Source: an uncultured virus (IMG/VR IMGVR_UViG_3300037962_000140)
Lineage: Duplodnaviria; Heunggongvirae; Uroviricota; Caudoviricetes
Direction: 5' to 3' (one strand)
DNA: 20,000 nt
Virus record (IMG/VR): IMGVR_UViG_3300037962_000140
Location: 61,921-81,920 of that record
Shown: piece after piece, positions 16,595-20,000 of the stretch
Layout: each line of letters starts with the position of its first letter
Numbering within the stretch: position 1 is the first letter of the stretch
Notes under the pieces: generated by a model
What the model was told of the DNA's origin: nothing
Database searches by the model: none
What the model saw: only the letters and a program-made list of their open reading frames with translations
Program-made: the position numbers and the translations under genes

Positions 16595-19500
16595 ATGGCT
16601 AGTACATATGTAAACGATCTTCGCCTAAATGAAATGGCGACAGGAGATGGTTCAGGAACGTGGGGAACGACCACGAATTTAAACCTGGAGATGATCGCAG
16701 AAAAATTTGGAACAGGGTCTGAAGCTCTTTCAGACGCCTCTACCGCCACCATAACGATGGCTGACGGGGCTTCAGACGCTTTTCGTTCTACAGCACTAAC
16801 ACTTACAGGTTCTTTATCACAAGCCTGTACCGTGACGTTTGCTCCTAACACTATTAGTAACGTATGGGTAGTTCAAAACTCTGCTGGTGATACCGTAACG
16901 ATTTCACAAGGCACAGGCGCAAATGTAGTCATACCAAATGGCGGTATTAGGATGATCGCCACTGACGGTGCTGGCTCTGGTGCAGCGGTTACAGATGTAC
17001 TCGACGTATTAGGCGGTACAGGCAACGTAGGGCTTGGTTCAGGTGCGTTTGGCACAGGGCTGACCACAGGTACAGATAACGTAGCGATAGGTGAGGCTGC
17101 TGGCGATGCTCTAACCACTGGGTCTGATAATACTTTGATTGGAGACAATGCGGGTGGCGCATTGACAACTGGGGGAAGTAACGTAGCTGTCGGCTCTAGT
17201 GCGCTTCTTACTGAAGATGGAAATGGCAACAATGTTGCGGTAGGTTTTGAAGCACTTAAAGTATTAAATGCTGGTACGGATGGTTATAACGTAGCTATTG
17301 GTTACCAAGCTGGCGCATCAATGACTACTGGTACGTCAAATACTTTGATCGGCGGAGTTTCTGGAGACGTTATAACAACAGGATCGAACAATGTTGGTAT
17401 CGGAATTAATACGTTAGGTCAACTTACGACTGGGAGCCAAAATATAGCCATCGGCACTGCTGCTTTAGATGCAGCTACTACCGCAGATAATAACACAGCT
17501 ATTGGACATGGTGCTTTAGGTGCTAACACTTCAGGTACACGCAATGTTGCGGTTGGGCATAGTGCGTTAGACGCACTTACCACTGGGACGGACAACACGG
17601 CTGTTGGAAAAGACGCTCTAACTGCCGCTACTACTGGAAACTACAACATAGCTTTTGGAACAGCTTTAGCCGCTAACACCACTGGAGGCCAAAATGTAGC
17701 TGTTGGATTTGCAGCGTTAGGGTCAAACACAACGGCAACCGGAAACACTGCGGTAGGAGATTATGCACTTAATGCAAACACCACAGGTATACGCAATGTG
17801 TCTGTCGGAAAAAATGCATTAGACGCAAATACTACCGCAGACGATAACACAGCGGTGGGATATAATGCCGCTACTACTAATACGACTGGAACAAACAACT
17901 CTGCTTTTGGTGCTTACGCACTAGGTTTAAACACCACAGGTTCTCAAAACACTGCGATTGGAAGAAGCACTTTATACCAAAACACGACTGCGGATAACAA
18001 CACCGCTGTAGGCACAAGCGCGTTAAATGCGAACACCACAGGTGACACGAATGTAGCTGTCGGTAAAGATTCAATGTTAGCGAACACCACCGGAACAAAT
18101 AATACTGCGGTGGGTGCGCGATCTTTACAGGACAACACTACAGCGGCAAACAATGTTGCCGTGGGCGATCTTGCGTTGGGGTCTAACACCACTGGTGCTA
18201 GCAATGTGGCGGTAGGAGTAGAGGCGTTAATGACTAGCACAACGAGTACAGAAAATGTTGCGGTTGGCTACAATGCTTTAAAACTTACCACAGCAGGTGC
18301 AAACACCGCAGTTGGATATGCTGCTGCGGATGCAAACACAACAGGTTCAGCTAACACAGCAATAGGCAGTAACGCTTTACACTCAAACTCAACAGGGTCA
18401 CAAAATACTGCGATTGGAGAAAACACCTTATCAGCTAACACCACCGCAGATAATAACACGGCGATAGGTTATAGGGCACTTTTATCTAATACTACAGGTT
18501 ATGCCTTAGTTGGTGTTGGTAGAACTGCTTTAGCGGATAACACAACTGGTGCTGCAAACGTGGCGGTTGGTCAGAACGCACTAGCCAATAACACCACAGC
18601 AAGTAACAACATTGCCATTGGGTTAGAAGCGTTATTTACCAACACTACTGGGGCGCAATGTATTGCAATTGGTGGTGGTGCAGCCGCTGCATCAAACATA
18701 TCTAATACTCTTGCTATTGGATATAGCGCACTTAACGATCTTACAACAGGGGCCAGAAACGTAGCGATTGGAAATTATGCGTTAGATACTACTCAATCAG
18801 GCTCAAATAGTGTTGCTGTTGGTTATGCGGCGGGCGATGCGGTTACTACAGCCAGCTCCCTTGTCTTGGTAGGCGATGTAGCTGGAGATGCTATAACAAC
18901 GTCTAGTCACTGTGTAGCTGTTGGGGCAGGTGCGTTAAGCACTCACGCAACGGGTACTGGAAATACCGCTGTTGGTTTTACTGCTTTAGCGAATTGTACT
19001 AATGGAGGAAATACAGCAGTAGGGCTTGAAGCAGGGGCAGCTGTTACAACAGGCTATAACAATACTTTTGTTGGAGAAGATGCAGGAGATAGTATTACAA
19101 CAGGGTATGGCAACACTTGTGTCGGAATTAATGCTAATCCCAGTGGTAGTAATGGAGAAAAACAAATTGTTATTGGTTACGACTTTTCTGGTAATGGAGA
19201 CAATAAAGTAAACCTTGGAAGTTCTGGTGGATATGTTTGGAACTCATTTACAGTAAACAATACTTGGACTCAGGTTTCGGACGAGAGAACTAAAAAGAAT
19301 ATTGAGTCAGACGATTTAGGTTTAGAGTTTATAAACGAATTAAGACCAGTAACTTTTAATTGGAGACATTCTTCTGAAATTGATCCTGAATTTATTGAAC
19401 AAACTGTCAATATTGGTAAGGGTGAAAAAGACACAGAAACTTTAATTCACGGGCTTATTGCTCAAGAGGTTAAAGCTGCGATGGATTCTGTTGGCAATAC

Positions 19501-19645
19501 AACATTTAATGGCTGGGAAGAAGGCCAAGATGGACAAGCGGTTTCAAGAGAAATGTTTATTACTCCGTTGATAAAAGCTGTTCAAGAATTGTCTGCTCAA
19601 GTTACTACATTGAAGTCGGAAATAGCTGCGCTCAAAGGAGGCTAG
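16595..19645 (+). CDS. Tail fibre/spike: beta-solenoid repeats plus C-terminal peptidase S74 intramolecular chaperone
   Basis: Virion-anchor N-terminus (GTWGTTTNLNL); long 17-aa repeat array; SDERTKKNI...GLEFINELRPVTFNW...GLIAQEV...LIKAVQEL followed by a coiled coil. Confidence 0.9.
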   Translation: MASTYVNDLRLNEMATGDGSGTWGTTTNLNLEMIAEKFGTGSEALSDASTATITMADGASDAFRSTALTLTGSLSQACTVTFAPNTISNVWVVQNSAGDTVTISQGTGANVVIPNGGIRMIATDGAGSGAAVTDVLDVLGGTGNVGLGSGAFGTGLTTGTDNVAIGEAAGDALTTGSDNTLIGDNAGGALTTGGSNVAVGSSALLTEDGNGNNVAVGFEALKVLNAGTDGYNVAIGYQAGASMTTGTSNTLIGGVSGDVITTGSNNVGIGINTLGQLTTGSQNIAIGTAALDAATTADNNTAIGHGALGANTSGTRNVAVGHSALDALTTGTDNTAVGKDALTAATTGNYNIAFGTALAANTTGGQNVAVGFAALGSNTTATGNTAVGDYALNANTTGIRNVSVGKNALDANTTADDNTAVGYNAATTNTTGTNNSAFGAYALGLNTTGSQNTAIGRSTLYQNTTADNNTAVGTSALNANTTGDTNVAVGKDSMLANTTGTNNTAVGARSLQDNTTAANNVAVGDLALGSNTTGASNVAVGVEALMTSTTSTENVAVGYNALKLTTAGANTAVGYAAADANTTGSANTAIGSNALHSNSTGSQNTAIGENTLSANTTADNNTAIGYRALLSNTTGYALVGVGRTALADNTTGAANVAVGQNALANNTTASNNIAIGLEALFTNTTGAQCIAIGGGAAAASNISNTLAIGYSALNDLTTGARNVAIGNYALDTTQSGSNSVAVGYAAGDAVTTASSLVLVGDVAGDAITTSSHCVAVGAGALSTHATGTGNTAVGFTALANCTNGGNTAVGLEAGAAVTTGYNNTFVGEDAGDSITTGYGNTCVGINANPSGSNGEKQIVIGYDFSGNGDNKVNLGSSGGYVWNSFTVNNTWTQVSDERTKKNIESDDLGLEFINELRPVTFNWRHSSEIDPEFIEQTVNIGKGEKDTETLIHGLIAQEVKAAMDSVGNTTFNGWEEGQDGQAVSREMFITPLIKAVQELSAQVTTLKSEIAALKGG
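17024..19135 (+). repeat. About 40 degenerate 51-bp (17-aa) repeats NxAxGxxALxxNTT(G/A)xx
   Basis: For example NTAVGDYALNANTTGIR / NVSVGKNALDANTTADD / NTAVGYNAATTNTTGTN; boundaries are approximate. Confidence 0.9.
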
Positions 19646-19647
19646 AA

Positions 19648-19986
19648 ATGTCGGTTACTAAAACATTAATTGATGCCGTTCCTACTAGTGAGGACGGAAA
19701 GGTGGTTGGTTGGTATATAGATTTTAAATATGAAAAAGGTACGAAGGGAGAAGCTGACTACCACTCGAATGTTTTTCATAGAACAATTGAATCAGTAAAG
19801 AAAAAACCCAGTGAAACAATTACAAGGTTTACGCCAAAGCCTGAAGCTGAATGGACAAAAGCAGACATTATAGCAGTTTGTCCTATAGAACAATGGGATG
19901 CAGCTTTTGAAGCGCAGTATGATTCTGTTATCACTAATCCAGATAAAGAACAATCCGCAAACCCAAATTTTGTTATACCTGATTAG
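19648..19986 (+). CDS. Hypothetical protein downstream of the fibre (possible fibre assembly factor)
   Basis: AGGAGG RBS; 112 aa; adjacent to the fibre gene; function inferred from position only. Confidence 0.75.
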   Translation: MSVTKTLIDAVPTSEDGKVVGWYIDFKYEKGTKGEADYHSNVFHRTIESVKKKPSETITRFTPKPEAEWTKADIIAVCPIEQWDAAFEAQYDSVITNPDKEQSANPNFVIPD

Positions 19987-19995
19987 GAGACTTAA

Positions 19996-20000
19996 ATGGC
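19996..20000 (+). CDS. Start of the next gene (truncated)
   Basis: AGGAG at 19985-19989 followed by ATGGC at 19996. Confidence 0.5.

Noticed and set aside
16564..18459. Several minus-strand ORFs within the fibre genes
   Set aside because: Antisense shadows of Ala/Gly/Thr/Asn-rich repeats with no independent coding signal.
17024..19135. CRISPR array or DGR-like repeats
   Set aside because: The repeats are degenerate, in frame and conserved at the protein level; no identical direct repeats with spacers and no reverse transcriptase in the window.

Overview
The window is the packaging and virion-morphogenesis module of a tailed dsDNA phage. It looks podovirus-like and resembles uncultured marine phages that carry a Mu gpT-like major capsid protein and their own GroES. 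Every credible gene is on the + strand, and many are translationally coupled (TAATG/ATGA/GTGA overlaps). Gene order: end of an upstream gene plus terminator; a structured ~300 bp non-coding gap; small basic/membrane proteins; a cupin; a putative ejection protein; TerL; portal; a conserved unknown; small basic proteins; GroES; scaffold; a probable decoration protein; major capsid; a multi-pseudoknot RNA element; two paralogous adaptor-like proteins; a Zn-finger protein; fibre-associated proteins; and a 1016-aa beta-solenoid tail fibre with an S74 chaperone domain. The most notable signals are: (1) the pseudoknotted RNA after the capsid gene, which pairs into the next gene's ribosome-binding site; (2) a recurring hydrophobic-x-x-G-G motif that punctuates three otherwise unrelated proteins; (3) a GATGxxGTVxV strand shared between the Zn-finger protein and a repeat protein; (4) a palindrome/G-quadruplex-rich intergenic region. 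All family assignments come from motif recognition by eye; no searches were run.
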